Notes: generated from the letters alone by a model not told the origin. A stretch of 64,000 nucleotides of DNA from Botryllus schlosseri (GCA_051294905.1 CM119378.1:3536001-3600000), one strand, 5' to 3'; positions 41,151 to 54,398 are shown, counted from the first letter of the stretch. Program-made: numbers and translations.

Positions 41151-41244
41151 GTGGCCCTGAAAAGGGCCTTTGTGGGTGGCCCTGAAAAGGGCCTTTGTGG
41201 GTGGCCCTGAAAAGGGTCTTGTGTTGGCCCTGAAAAGGGCCTTT
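41151..41244. repeat. Minisatellite, 4 x ~25 bp, each unit containing the hairpin GGCCCT-GAAA-AGGGCC
   Basis: Units start at 41151, 41176, 41201 and ~41225; there are no unique spacers. Confidence 0.85.
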
Positions 41245-42344
41245 TAAATGGGATATTTAATCCGAATATGTTGGAGCAGATGCTCAATAACTCCGCTTCC
41301 ACTGGTTGGACCCAACCCTTAGCTGACTTGGACTCGGACTTGACACCGGGGTGAATTAAAAATGACTCGACTTGACTCGTGTCAAAACTATAAAAGTGTG
41401 ATTTATTTGTGACTCGGAACATTGTGACTTGGTTACAAACCTGTCAATACCAACGTTTGTAGTGGGGGACGAATTGCTGTTTTGGTTCTGATTGTACCTA
41501 CAACTCACGTCAACATGGTGTATAAACGGGTGGCTATTGCGACAGGTCCAAATGTCGAGTGAAGAATTGTGAAATAAGGATTGGCGCGCGTTTCAAATAG
41601 AGTCATATGAAAATAAGATAAAGTGAACATAAAATTCTACCTTCCACTTAATACATATACTGCAAGCTGCCGTTACGGCATTGATGTACCTGAACCCTGC
41701 ATGAGCCGATTGAAGAAGCTGCTGTGCATCGAGGAATTTTTTTTACACAGGGGGTAAGGGCGCAACCTTTTGGACTAAAGGGCAGTGTTGGGATCAAGTC
41801 ACTACCTTCGAGTCACGAAGTATGGTTCTATATATTCTCTTTGATTTTCATAACAAAGAGCTATGTGATGGGTTAGCTGCATCTCACTGTTAGCTATGAG
41901 ACAGTTGCTTGCAAGCAAGAAGTTAAACTATCCCTGCCAAGCGCGACCGTGCCCGAACAATATGTAAATAGCTCGCTTTAATAATTCTGTCGCTTAAATT
42001 TGAAATGGTTCCCCGTTTCACGAACGCCCAGCCGAGACCGCCGAAAATTACATTTTCTCTGGGTCACCTTTTTCAAGCTACTGATTTTGTTACAGTCGCC
42101 AATGGTGACAACGCCTTGAGTCAAGTTTGCAGACCTAGGGGGTTTGGGGTGTGTTATTTGACTTGTTTTAGGGGAAGGAGTTATCGCTATGATGTTTGAC
42201 TTTCTTTGGGGAAAATTATCTCCGCATTGCGCAATTTCGTTGCTATATACCACAAAAATATGTAATTGTTGGCGGTCTCGCTTGTCAGAATGTCCGTGAA
42301 ATGGCAAAGTAACGAATTTGACAGCTCTGCAGGAACTACAACGG

Positions 42345-44486
42345 AACCTTTCGAGTATCTCAAACCCTTCTAATTAAAAAAACATATAAATGCAAGTCGC
42401 TGCTGAAGAGATTCGGCGTCCTAAACATAGAAGATATGCGGAAACTAGAAATCGCCAAGTTTATGTATCAGTTTCACTGCGGTCGTTGCCCCGAATATTT
42501 CAATGACTTATTTACTTCTGAATCAAAAGCGCACAAGTACAACACACGCGCGTCCACGTCGTCCAAATATCATATATGATCGACCGAAAAGATCATCGCT
42601 CTATCAAATATGCCGGAGCTGATGTGTGGAACAGTATCCCGCCGGCCATCAGGCAGTCGACGAGCATGTCCACATTCAAGTCGAAATACAAGCAATTACT
42701 ACTAAAAAAATACAGTCCATCCTCAAGATTACCGGACCACGACTGACCTATCGATTTCGCTTCCCATGACATTGCGTCCTATTTCTTGTCGCTTCCTTTT
42801 TATATACTATCTTCTTTACTTTCATTCAGTGTGCATGCCTCCTCTTTACATCGCCTAGGGGCGCTGGAGGTTTTGAAGGGGGGCGGAAACGCTCAGGGGG
42901 CGATATGGGGGGCGCTGGGCTCAGGGGGGCGGTATGGGGGGCGCTGGAGAAAAATGGCTTCGCAGTAGATGATGTGGTGATGGGACATATCCTTAATGAG
43001 TATTCAGAGCAAATTAACACCGAAAACTTCGTTACATATAGCCTTCAAAATACAAATAGGTTTAATTGTCCATGGGCGCCTAAATGACTGACACCGAATG
43101 CTCCTGTCTTGGCAATCTGAACCCCAGAAGACGAATTCCATCTGGCAGGGAAAAATTAAAAAACAGTGAAAAAATACCAATCTGAAATCGTGTGCGTCTT
43201 TTAGTTTAGTACGATTGGGCGACAGGGATATTCCTGTTGGGCGATATCCCCGTTGAGCGATTCTATATTTTTTTGATATTGCAGACAGGGGGTCACGAAA
43301 TAACATCATGCAACGAAGTCATACCAACGGGTTCGCCCGCCCGAATATGTTTAATTATTGGTAACGGGCCCTACAGTTTCCAAGAAACCTCACAATGTTC
43401 GCTTTAAGTTTTGATGAGTCTGCGCACACCCAACAACTCACTGCGCTGACCCTTAGATAACAGTGCGTAACGACTAAAAAAAAGGTAATAACTCCGGATT
43501 TATTGTGCGCAACGTAGATTTTCTGCGCGCAGAGACCGTGTCAGCACTGCGCACGTGCGCAGCTTAGAGGGCACATTGCACCTCACTCAGCTCTACCGGT
43601 AAATGTGTTTACGTGAGCAGAGAGAGGATAAAAATTGATCTCAATTTACATGCAATTCCCGATGATATTGACCAATTCAATCATTAATTAGTGAAATTTT
43701 TCGCACTTCACGCGACTAGGCGAGAATAGCTGTCTCAGTAAATGGACACCCAATGTAGATACCTAATAGGCTATCAGCAAATAGCGGACAGCCTAATGGG
43801 GGTCTGGGAGTGAAGTCCCCTGGAAGTTTGGTTTATCACCCGATGGGGGCCCAGGACCAACGTTTTTTGTTTGGGGGGCTGACGAAGTGCTGTTACGGCC
43901 CAGGTAACGAATAATTGTATCTGCGGGCACGCCCGAATATGTTTAATTAATAATTACGTTCCCTTTATTTTCCTATACAACAGCTCACTCAGAGCTACTG
44001 GTAAATCTGATTACGTGGGCTGAGAGGATAAGAAGTTTATAGCGATGTGATTACCACCTATTCATTCATGCATTATAGAAAGTTTTGGTACCTAGGGCGA
44101 CCAGGCCACACAAACTTTGCTGACCATCGAAATCACGCCATGGGATTCGTGGGGGCGAAGCCCTCAGAAGTTTGGTTTATCACGCTATGGGTGCGCAAGG
44201 CAATCGTTTTTAGGGGGGTTGACGAAGTGCTGTTACGGCCCTCCCTGTTACTCATTGTCTTTATTACATTCCTGACAATATGAAGTTGGGGGGCGCTGGA
44301 GCACAATAATTTTTGAAAGGGAGCGCTGGAAGAAAAAAGGTTAAGAACCACTGGCCTAGGCCATGGTGGGTGTCTGATTCCATAGACAACTCCTAGTCGC
44401 TTCGACATCTTCCTTCCTTTTCATTGTATCGCATTTTTGTGGTGTATTGAACTGATAAAATTGCTAATAAACCAATGATGATGATG
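42345..44486 (+). mobile_element. 5'-truncated CR1/L2-group LINE (ORF2 C-terminus and 3'UTR), split by a hAT MITE
   Basis: Translates as GVLNIEDMRKLEIAKFMYQFH..CPEYFNDLF....HKYNTR and SIKYAGADVWNSIPPAIRQSTSMSTFKSKYK, typical of LINE ORF2 ends. The 3'UTR resumes at 44354 and ends AATAAACCAATGATGATGATG. Other 3' fragments lie near 17000-17130, 26450, 27050 and 38120-38290. Confidence 0.8.
42857..44353. mobile_element. ~1.5-kb Charlie-like non-autonomous element, one TIR deleted; inverted copy of 57648-59185
   Basis: Reverse complement of 57648-59185 over its length; right TIR GGTTAAGAACCACTG followed by GCCTAGGC; left end fused to GCCTAGG at 42853-42859. Confidence 0.85.
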
Positions 44487-45150
44487 CAACGTTTTACTGC
44501 AACTTCTGTTACAGTTCTGGCTACAGGAAGTGTGGTGTCCGAATGTCCGGTTTCAACGACTACTAAATATCGTTTCAATACCTTCCAATTTTTTCGTTCA
44601 ATCGCAATCTTTTCGTGTATTCGAAAGGATGAAATATCAACATACTGATTATCATCAGTTTGCTCCAGCATCACCTATCGCAAAGTATGTCCTAGCGGCA
44701 CGAGCCTGCAGGCTTGAATTCACCCGCTTATGTTTTTCCATCGTTTGTAATGATGACTCCGCGTGAATTGACGTAACCTATTGATTCAATAGGCATCATA
44801 TTAATCACTCGCTTATATTTGAATCAGTTTTGTAATGAACTAGAACGATCTAACCCCGTGCTCGAATGAAAGATTCGATACTTTCTGTCTTGGCAATTGG
44901 AAAATATGTATCTTTTGAACGGATGGTAATGGGTGCTGAATGTAATGAATGGACCCTAACATTCCCCACCTCAACCCTAATAGTAATAATGTCATATTAT
45001 TAATCGTTGGGTTATATGTTTCATCTGAACAAGTCACACACAATGTACATGCGATAAGACAAAATGCGATGTAATGAGCAGATAGGAGGATGTCGAACGA
45101 CACGCATGCAGTTGCGATCCTTTTAATCTAATTTCCACCTCGGTCTAGAG

Positions 45151-45240
45151 TGCCCGATGTCGCAGTTCTTTTCTATGTTGATCTTATCGAAGCCGTGCCC
45201 GATGTCGCAGTTCATTTCGATGTTGATCTTATTGAAGCCG
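45151..45240. repeat. Tandem duplication, 2 x 45 bp
   Basis: TGCCCGATGTCGCAGTTC.TTTC.ATGTTGATCTTAT.GAAGCCG at 45151 and 45196. Confidence 0.85.
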
Positions 45241-45249
45241 CGGTCCTTT

Positions 45250-45416
45250 CTACTAGTTCTTTCCATTCCTTGTGAGTGCTTTCTTTCGTTGGTCTTTTTT
45301 GTCTCCGTAAGAGCGGCAACGGCGAGGGAAGAGGAGCCCACATAAACCTCCGACGGGAATCGAACCGGGTCCGCCAGATTGGTGGGCGCTTATCGTTACG
45401 ACTACGCTATCTCCCC
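45250..45416 (-). mobile_element. Second tRNA-derived SINE-like head
   Basis: Minus strand GGAGATAGCGTAGTCGTA (A-box-like) ... GGTTCGATTCCC (B box); no proper acceptor stem. Confidence 0.5.
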
Positions 45417-45420
45417 CTCC

Positions 45421-45836
45421 CCCAACCCTAATATTACTATCCACCAATCCTAACACTAATGTCCCCTCCGCCAACCCTAATATCCCCATCCACCAATCCT
45501 AACACTAATGTCCCCTCCGCCAACCCTAATATCCCCATCCACCAATCCTAACACTAATATCCCCTCCGCCAACCCTAATATCCCCATCCACCAATCCTAA
45601 CACTAATATCCTCTCCGCCAACCCTAATATCGCCCTTTCCCCCACCCTAATACCCCCCACCCCAACCCTAATATCCCTATCCACCAATCCTAACACTAAT
45701 ATCCACCAATCCTAACACTAATATCCCCTCCGCCAACCCTAATATCCCCATCCACCAATCCTAACACTAATATCGCCTCCGACAACCCTAATATCCCCCT
45801 TTCCCCCACCCTAATACCCCCCACCCCAACCCTAAC
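45421..45836. repeat. Minisatellite with ~49-bp period, built from CCCTAA/CCTAA/CACTAA telomere-like motifs
   Basis: Unit CCAACCCTAATATCCCCATCCACCAATCCTAACACTAAT(G/A)TCCCCTCCG with variants; the minus strand is G-rich. Confidence 0.9.
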
Positions 45837-47268
45837 ATTCGTCTTTCGAAAGGCACAAAAAAAAATATATTTTGACGTTTATAATTTTTTTTTTCGTGTT
45901 CATGGAAAACATTCATCGGTGATCATGGTGAACACTTTTCGATGTCTGACTGCCATCGAAGAAGTGCCAGAATTTTCAATATACTAAAAGCATACACATT
46001 TTTTATAGTGGCTGCCCGTCCCTATAAAGTTTTGTAAGAAATTGGTCCTTTAGGCTGCAGAGAGAAGATTGTACCACCACGACTGGGTAGAATTCGTGCT
46101 CTTCTACTAATATAGGGTTGAATTCAACTCAAGTTAAATCAAGAAGTCTACAACAGCAAAAGTGGCGCGAATATAGCATACGAACTATAGGCAAACTTTT
46201 TCTATGGATCAGCAAACCTAGTAGTATCTTGACTCGACCTAAATCCATGTCTCCGAGAAAGAAACATATGTAGTACCCAGATGGATTGTTAACATTATAC
46301 AAACAGGCTGTTGCACTTGCGCCACTTGCACTTGGCACCTTGGCAGCAGATAAAGTGACCTGGACCTAATATTTCGATATGCACCTGTATATGCGAACAT
46401 CTATTCCATATTTCTGCAATTCTAACATCAAATAATTCCTCAGGTCCTCGTGTAAACAGCACTTGATAAGATCTACGATTCTACGGTAATGTGCTGTTTA
46501 CAAATTTACACTGATTGCTCTAGTTAAAGAAATTCGAAAGTGCCAATGTGCCATAGGCCTACAGGCATCCCTAAAAGACGGAACAGCGGAAACAGCGGTG
46601 CTAACCAGCATGAAAATGTGCCAAAATTCCGTAATTTGGCTTCTAAATGCGTCAATTGACAACACTGGCTCTCCGCCGACCCTCACTTCTGGTTACGACA
46701 ACAGCGTGCCCGAGTCCGGATTTTGGAATGCTCAAAGTCCAAGTCCAACCTTATTTTTCAAAATCACAATCCGGTCCGATCCAGGTCCAAACATTTTTTT
46801 CAAAATGACGATCCGGAACAAACGAAAATAACCCATAATCCTGATCCTGTCCAATCCAAGTCCAATCCAATGCTCATCTCTGGTGCCTGGTCTCTAGTTC
46901 TCTGCACTGCAGAACTAAATCGTGTGCAACCAAGCGTGATTGATCAACTCGCGTGCGCCTTGTGCCGGTTGCAGCGAAGTGTCACTCCATGGTTAATACG
47001 ATTCAGTTCTGCAGTCCGTGCCGGGAATTCAAGTTTCCTGGGCCGGGATGGCAGCACCCATTAGTTATGACCCTTGACGATGTACGGTAAGTTTACTTAG
47101 ATTTGTTTTTCGACTAATCTAATCAAACTATTACATTTCCCTGAACATGACAGCAAATATCCTCTGTCGCAAAGCCCCATCTCCACATCCTCAGCAGAAT
47201 ACATCACGCTCTGTTAGCCAGGGATACCAAAAACCATAGACTTTAAGAAGGCTATAATATGCCTAGAA

Positions 47269-47802
47269 CGGGGGCGGGCAACTTCTCCGGTCGGCGGGCC
47301 TGATATGGGAAAATGTAGTACTTGGCGGCCGGATTGCATAATCGATGCATTAATCGCATATCGACCTATATAAGGAATAAACCGTGTTTAATGTAAACTT
47401 ACGGTGTAAAGTAGAGATACCAAAAGCAGTATTTATTGAATTTATTGCCCAAATTTGCTTCAATAGCTGTTGAAGTCAATCAGACATCTGTGGTTCTATG
47501 AAAGTTGTCAACAATTTCTTTGAACTCTGGCTGCATCTCGGATGTAGAAACCCTTAATAAAGACTGACCGTGATATATTGGAACGGAGCCTTGTTTATGT
47601 TCATGATCTAAAAGTTGTTTCATGACCATCTTTCTCAGGTTGGCAAACTTGGATTCATTCTGTGACGCATAATAATTGTCAATACTTTCAGATTAGAATA
47701 TCACTTCCAGTGTTGAAACTCTCTGCGGGCCGCTCAAAATTCTGTCGCGGGCTGGATCCGGCCGGAGGGCCGTATGTTGCATGTTATTGTTGCCCGCCCC
47801 TG
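47269..47802 (-). mobile_element. Charlie/SPIN-like hAT deletion derivative with a transposase C-terminal remnant
   Basis: TIR CGGGGGCGGGCAAC / GTTGCCCGCCCCTG; minus-strand remnants ESKFANLRKM, IMNINK, LLRVSTSEMQPEFK resemble GTF2IRD2/Charlie C-termini; no clear TSD. Confidence 0.65.
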
Positions 47803-48735
47803 TACGGCCATGACAAATTGCAAGTCGTGTGTAATCGGTAGCTGTACAAAGTCGAAATATCATTGGGGTGTCAGATGAACTGAAGGTATATATTCAAGGC
47901 TATCATGCACAATGCACATGGACACAGCCTCTTATATCTCGACACTACGTGTCACAGAATATCCATAAAATATCTACTATATAGGGTTACCATACGTCCG
48001 GAATTTCACTGTTCAAACTGCGTCCGGGAGGAAATTCTAAAATATGCCTATGCCGGAATTTTGAAGGCTTGAAGTACGCTCATAATTTTTTCGTAAATTA
48101 ACATTAAAAAAAAACATTATTTTAGTGCAGATTTATGCCACATTAAATTTTTCTTCGCGCTGCGCGCGATTTAATATTGCATGTCTTGATTTTAATGTGG
48201 GGACTACCACCCTTACAAAAAACTGCAATCAAAAATAAAGGAAAATAACCTTCACTTACAGAAATAAGTGCAATTGTAGGAGTTCGTTAGGCCGTTTAAA
48301 TGCTATTTTCAGAGATAGTGGTTCCAAACCTGGGAGTCGTTTGCCTTTATTCTCGGGTTCGCCAAGATGTTGAACGTAATCAGCTTCCAAAATAGGCCGC
48401 GAGTACGTCTGGAAAAAGGTGCTTACATTCTTTTAATAATCAGTTCATCAAATTTTGAACTGGGTCACGGAACATTTTCAAATTTGAAATGGAGTCGTGT
48501 GACTATAAACGGTATGAAGCCACCGGATGTGCGGTGTTTATAAAGCTCAGTGGCGCGCACCGGCATTAGACTGATAAATGATCTTATCTGTGTGTCATGA
48601 ACATGACTGAACGATGTACAATTACGCTCCCTGCGTTTGCGAAGTCATCATCCTCCACCAGCTCCATCTCCAACGCTAACTCTGATCCTGTGGGCGGAGA
48701 GAGCTAGGATCAAAACTATATAGTAATATATGGAT

Positions 48736-49374
48736 CATCATCATGATCATTGGTTTATTAGCAATTTTTATCAGTTCAATACACCATATAAATGCGATAC
48801 AATGAAAAGACAGGAAGATGTCGAAGCGACTTTGTAGTCTATGGAATCAGACACCCACCATGGCCTAGGCGTAAAGAGGAGGCATGCACACTGAATGAAA
48901 GTAAAGAAGATAGTATAGAAAAAAGAAAGCGACAAGACATAGGGCGGCATGTCATGGAAAACAAGATCGATAGGTCAGTCATGGTACGGTAATCTTGAGG
49001 ATGGACTGTATTTATTTAGTAGTACTTGCTCTTGTATTTCGACTTGAATGTGGACACTGGACATGCTCGTCGACTGTCGGATGGCCGGAGCGATACTGTT
49101 CCACACATCATATCCGGCATATTTGATAGAGTGATGAGATATGATATTCTTTTTCGCCTGCACCATCGAGATGCTTTGACGACGGAGTTGCGATACGGCC
49201 CCATCTAGTCCGCGCCCCCGTTTTTTTCTCCTCCATACTATCCGTGATTGCTGAGCGCCTAGCAGGATACCTGCGGATACCAATTTTCGAGTCTTTGGTA
49301 CGACCCGGGCGGGGATCGAACCCACGACCTACCGCTCGAGAAGCCGGACGCATAACCATTACACTATCTCGCTC
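48736..49374 (-). mobile_element. tRNA-derived SINE fused to a LINE 3' tail
   Basis: Head GAGCGAGATAGTGTAATGG...GGGTTCGATCCCC; 48736-49134 matches the LINE at 42592-42860 plus 44354-44486; ends AATAAACCAATGATCATGATGATG. Confidence 0.85.
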
Positions 49375-50030
49375 TGAAGAACCAATATGACTGACAGAAT
49401 TCACTAAAATAAAATTGAACGACCAGATGCATGTAGAAACCAGATCCATATAGCAAGCCCCCAGAAGTTGCATCGATTACCCTATGGTGGGCCCAAGATC
49501 AGTGTTTATTTGGGCGGGAGGGGGCTAAAAATGTGGTTTCGGTCCTGGTTACAATTTACAAACACACAACCACATACTCCTGAGCCGGACCGTGACCATC
49601 TCTGGACGATATGCAAAACTTTGCTATTGTGACGTCGTATTGACCGACAATGTGCGCATGCCTCATTTTGAAATCCGCTAGCTGGCGCTAAAGAGTGTCA
49701 AAAATTTGAGCAACTAAATACGGTAACCGTATTAATATCATTTTAATGGATATTCACCGAAATAGGCATATTGCCTAACCATCAATTGAATCTCAATGTA
49801 ATTATTCCTATTCTTATTATAGATGTTACAGCAATCATAGTAAATGTTCAAGTCTTCTTTGGCTTAACGTCATGCTCTTAGTTACAGCAGCAAATCGACA
49901 AATTCGTGAAAGGAATTTTCATTCTATGATGACATGTCCTTATAATGTCGCCAATGCATGCGCTCGATTTATGCGAGCAACATTTACTAATGGCCGAGAC
50001 AATGGATTTGCGATTGCACTGACACGCTTA

Positions 50031-50038
50031 TGAGAGAG

Positions 50039-50070
<32 letters not shown>

Positions 50071-50101
50071 GGGGGTGTGAGAGAGAGAGAAAGAGAGAGA
50101 G
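50031..50101. repeat. (GA)n microsatellite, imperfect
   Basis: Visible directly in the sequence. Confidence 0.9.
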
Positions 50102-51133
50102 CAAATCTTGCCTCTGTCCTCGACACTGGGGTTCACAGAGTATGTCGATGGACGGGGCCTACTAATATTGAGTCGCAGACTATATTACAAGTCATGACGC
50201 AGTGGTGTTGGATTACCCCTGGCGAGTGTCAGCTGACAATATTCCGGTTTATTTCAATATGAATATACTATATTCAATCGCTTACTTACAGAACGTACTC
50301 AAGTGCTTATGATTTTTTTGAAGATTTGACTTGTTCTACTTCTACTAATCGGTACTTCCACTTCTACTTGGGCAGAAACCTACCTCGTTACTTCTACTTC
50401 TGCTTGAGTACCAACGAAGACCAATATGATCATTGATCACCTCTGGTCGTCGATATACACCGTCGCCAATGCACTGAAGTTTGCCATTAAAGATTATTTG
50501 ACTTTGTGGTGCAATCCAGACGCTAGCCGAGTTCAAGTTGATACAAAACATCGAAGTAAACAAATACAAAGTTACTTTCATGCAGTAGAAATTTAGAATC
50601 CTGTCCCGATCCGGATCCGGCACTCATTCAAAAAATGAGATCCAGATGCGGACACCTAGAAACCCGGAAAACCGCTTTATTCAGCCAAAAGACTCAGGAA
50701 CGGAGCAAAAGTAAAAATTGCACGTAAAAAAAATCCGGTTAGTAATATGAAAAAAACCTGAAGGTCTTCTTGTAGGTACAGAATTTATAATATACAATTG
50801 AGTAGTATATTCATATTGATATGGATATTTGGGTTCCGTGGAGTCGACTTTTATGAAAATACGCCAGCCAAATCTGTGCGAACAGAAGGAGTTCGTGTAC
50901 AATCTAAAAATAGCTCATTGAGCTCTCTTCGCCCCGATCATTTATTCCACATTTCAGGCCGTTGACGTCATATTTGGTGATACGATTGTTGATATGCAAT
51001 GTCCGTTCCAATTCTCTACTACAGATGCTGACGCTTACCCCTGACGAGTGTCGGCCGAAAATATTCTGGTAAATTTCAATATGAATATGCTATTCAAACC
51101 TGAAGGTAGCCTATAACTGATATGCGTTTTATG

Positions 51134-51610
51134 TAGGCTTACCATACGTCCTCTTTTAAGAGGATTTGTCCTCTTTTTTGACTTTTTTGAAAGTGTCCTC
51201 GGAGGACGCCCTTTTGTCCTCTTTTTTGAGATTTTGTCCTCTTTTTTGAAAATTTAGGCAGATTAAGAGCAAATTGCGAGTGATATGCCGCATATTAGCA
51301 CAGAAGTGAAGCTCCGGCGGGTATTTTGGAGTGAAAAACGGTGATTTTAGCTCTGAGTGAAAAGATGACCATTTTTTTTTTCAGTCATCCACCTGGCAAT
51401 GTGGAGTAAAAAACGTTATTTTGAGCTCTGAGTAGAAGTGATGACTTTTTTTTTTTTTTTTAGTCATCCACCTGGCAATGTGGAGCAAAAAACGTTATTT
51501 TGAGCTCTGAGTAGAACCTAACGGTTTTGGAGAATTACACTCCGGTTTTGCAAGTTGCAAATTTCTGAAAAAGTATCCTCTTTTTTTATTTCCAAAATAT
51601 GGTAAGCCTA
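51134..51610. mobile_element. hAT (Blackjack-like) MITE with internal ~70-bp tandem units
   Basis: TIR TAGGCTTACCATA / TATGGTAAGCCTA; perfect TSD GTTTTATG; GTCCTC subterminal motifs. Confidence 0.88.
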
Positions 51611-53769
51611 GTTTTATGCGACCTGTGCCGATTACTGCAGTATAGCGCAGCTACAATTAATTCATTGCGCAACAGTACCGTACTTTGAATGCGTTGTGCG
51701 TCTTTACGTATAACCATGAGGTGAACAATTGAATTTTCGTTTACCTCGACAAAACCCTTTCTCCGTTTAATTCGGCCAAAAGTGAGCAGAACCAAACTGA
51801 ACGAATTCCGCAGAGTCGACAGTATTATTCAATTGCATTTTGAAGTTCTGACATGTCTGTCTCTACCATTCGTTTGCTTCATCGTTCATCGGGCCTTTCT
51901 CCACACGTTAAAAATACGTCTTAGAATAATGTGGTATTGTGCCGCTCCCAAAACTAATATATTCGGATCACAGGGTACTTTCCAGTCGTTTATGATGTGG
52001 CGAGAGATAATTTAATTATCGACATCTTTGTAATAAAGTGCGTGACAGCGTTGACATCAGCCCATCCCGATGATTGACAGCATGGTAATATCAACCATTT
52101 CCTTTTACGTAAACTTACAATATGTCGGATATGAGAGGATTAATATTTTCGAATCCAAATCGAAAGCTATAGGCAATGATTCGAGTACTGATATCATACA
52201 CGCTTTGCCTTTAAAAGTCTCGATAGTATTTTCAACTGCGGAAGCCTAGAAACCTCAATTGGTCGTAACGCCGTATAAGACGCATGTACGGACGACAGTG
52301 GAAATGACGTATCTGTGATGTCATCATCAACTCATAGGATTACTCTATTTTGGTATCCGGAAAGTAGGACGCTTTTTAAAATTCGGGAAGGTTAGTTTAC
52401 CGGAATTGAAAACAGCTGTTTTTGAAATATTTAATGGAAATCTTGTTATGTTGACCAATAAAAAGGTTATCACTCTGAGGTGACTCCCGAATCACCCGCT
52501 CGAAGGTCCGCATTATCTATATTTTATTTGTGCCGATTTTCAGTTGACCCTGCCCAATAGCCTTGCTCTAAAAGATGTAAAAGAGGATTAATTGCCAAAA
52601 AGAAGGACATTTAGGCGTCTTCGGAGGACATTTTCAATTACCCAAAAAGGAGGACACATGGTAACCCTATTTAGTCTAATGTGATGTAGAACTAACATTC
52701 TATTCCTTGTTGTCACATAACAGATACATGATGTTTGATCTTTCGACATCATCCATACTTCTGTGAAGACATAGTGAGTGGTAATCGAATATTCGACTCG
52801 GATCAAAGCCGAATACCTGATTTCGAATCGAATTCCTCAGGTACTCGGATTTTGCTCAGCCCTATCCAAATCCTGCTCCGAGTCCAGATTCAGCATTATC
52901 ATTGTCTCCTATCCAAAAGTTCCAATCCGGTAATTGCTGAAATTTGATCTAAAAGTCGCTCGAAAACACAAATCCAAGCATTCAAATCCAGCATCAGAAT
53001 AATCGTAAATCGTAACCGCATAATCGATCCAATCCGGCCAAAAAGATGAAATCCGTGTTTTTCAATCATCGTGGCAGCACACCATAACTGGTGGTTTTAT
53101 AATAATTAGTCATTCCAAAATAGCATTTATGCCATGCAGAGACACCAGACGACTATATTTCGGTATGTCACGAAACTCATGACTTCCTGTAATGAGATGC
53201 AGTAGTCATGTTTATGTGGTCGTTATTTGACATTCAGGACAATCATAATCAGACATGCGTCACCCACGCAGGCTCAAGATTTAATCACTCAAATCCCATT
53301 CATGTTAGAGTTATTTGCGTTGTTGATAAGGAAAATTGCTTTTTAAATTATTGCGTTACGTGGTTCGTGTTTATTATCGGATAAGGCTGTACCATCGTCT
53401 GCATGGTGAAATCCGAATTCCATTCGTCGCATATTCTATACTCCTGCACTCTTTTTTCGTATTGGCCATCGTCTAGGACTCTAGGTCATCAATTCGAAAA
53501 ACGCATTACTCAAATGATCCCTATCCCGGGATATGGACAGAGAGAGAGACAATACGGTATGTGGAATTCACAGCATCGCATATCAACAAAGAATAATTGA
53601 TCATTTTGGCTCAGCCAAATCAGTAACCGGCCTAACAAATGTATTGACGACTCTGGATGTATCATTTTGAAATGAACAACCGCATTAAATTTACGCGGGA
53701 ATTGTAGCACGATCGATTGAACAAATGCTTTCTTGATTACTCCTTGTCGTCATATTGATTGATGTAGAG

Positions 53770-54398
53770 TGGCGGTTCTTAACAGGTGATCCACAGAACA
53801 CTTGTGGATCCGCGAGCCAGTTCCAGAGGTCCTGAGAGACGAAGAGACACACTCAACTCATACTCATGATTTGTGATGATACGCCGGTCTTGGTCATCAT
53901 GGGTTGCAGGTAATCAGGCCCGATCAGCAGTCGAAATATTATTCACGTGGTGGTAAGCCGTGTGCAGTGGCGTACGCGGGAGAGTTTGAGGTTCAAACTC
54001 GACACCTCATCCTTCTGAAATGACAATTCCATCTCTAATGTTTGTAATTGAGCAATTGGTATCACGCGTTTGCGTTTCGACGGAACTATACGATCACACT
54101 TTCCGAGGTGAAACCTCTAACTTCTGAAGTGGTGCTTGAAAAGGAAAGCCGACGTTACAGTGATTTGCTATAAATAGCTAGTCATTATAATGTTTTGGTT
54201 TTGTGTGAAAATTATATTTTAATGGTTTTGTTCTGTTGATGCACAGGTCATTTTGCGCACCATGAAATGCGCAGTAATGTATAAGATCCATATTGTGGTA
54301 GATTTTTGTTCTTATGACTCGGCGAAAATTTGGGGTTCAGCGGAGGCTTGAAGATTACCGTAAGTGTTCCGCGGGTTAGCAAAGGTCAAGAACCACTG
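53770..54398. mobile_element. Charlie-like hAT MITE
   Basis: TGGCGGTTCTTAAC / GGTCAAGAACCACTG; TSD ATGTAGAG (53762-53769, 54399-54406). Confidence 0.75.

Noticed and set aside
41151..41244. CRISPR-like palindromic direct repeats
   Set aside because: Units are head-to-tail without unique spacers, there are no cas genes, and the context is eukaryotic.
45421..45836. True telomere or chromosome-fusion site
   Set aside because: The period is ~49 bp with isolated CCCTAA motifs; it is not a pure or head-to-head (TTAGGG)n array.
49300..49374. tRNA genes (also 40110-40187, 45345-45416, 39415-39450, 63830-63899)
   Set aside because: B boxes are present but the acceptor stems do not pair, and most continue into a shared SINE body; they are SINE heads or fragments.
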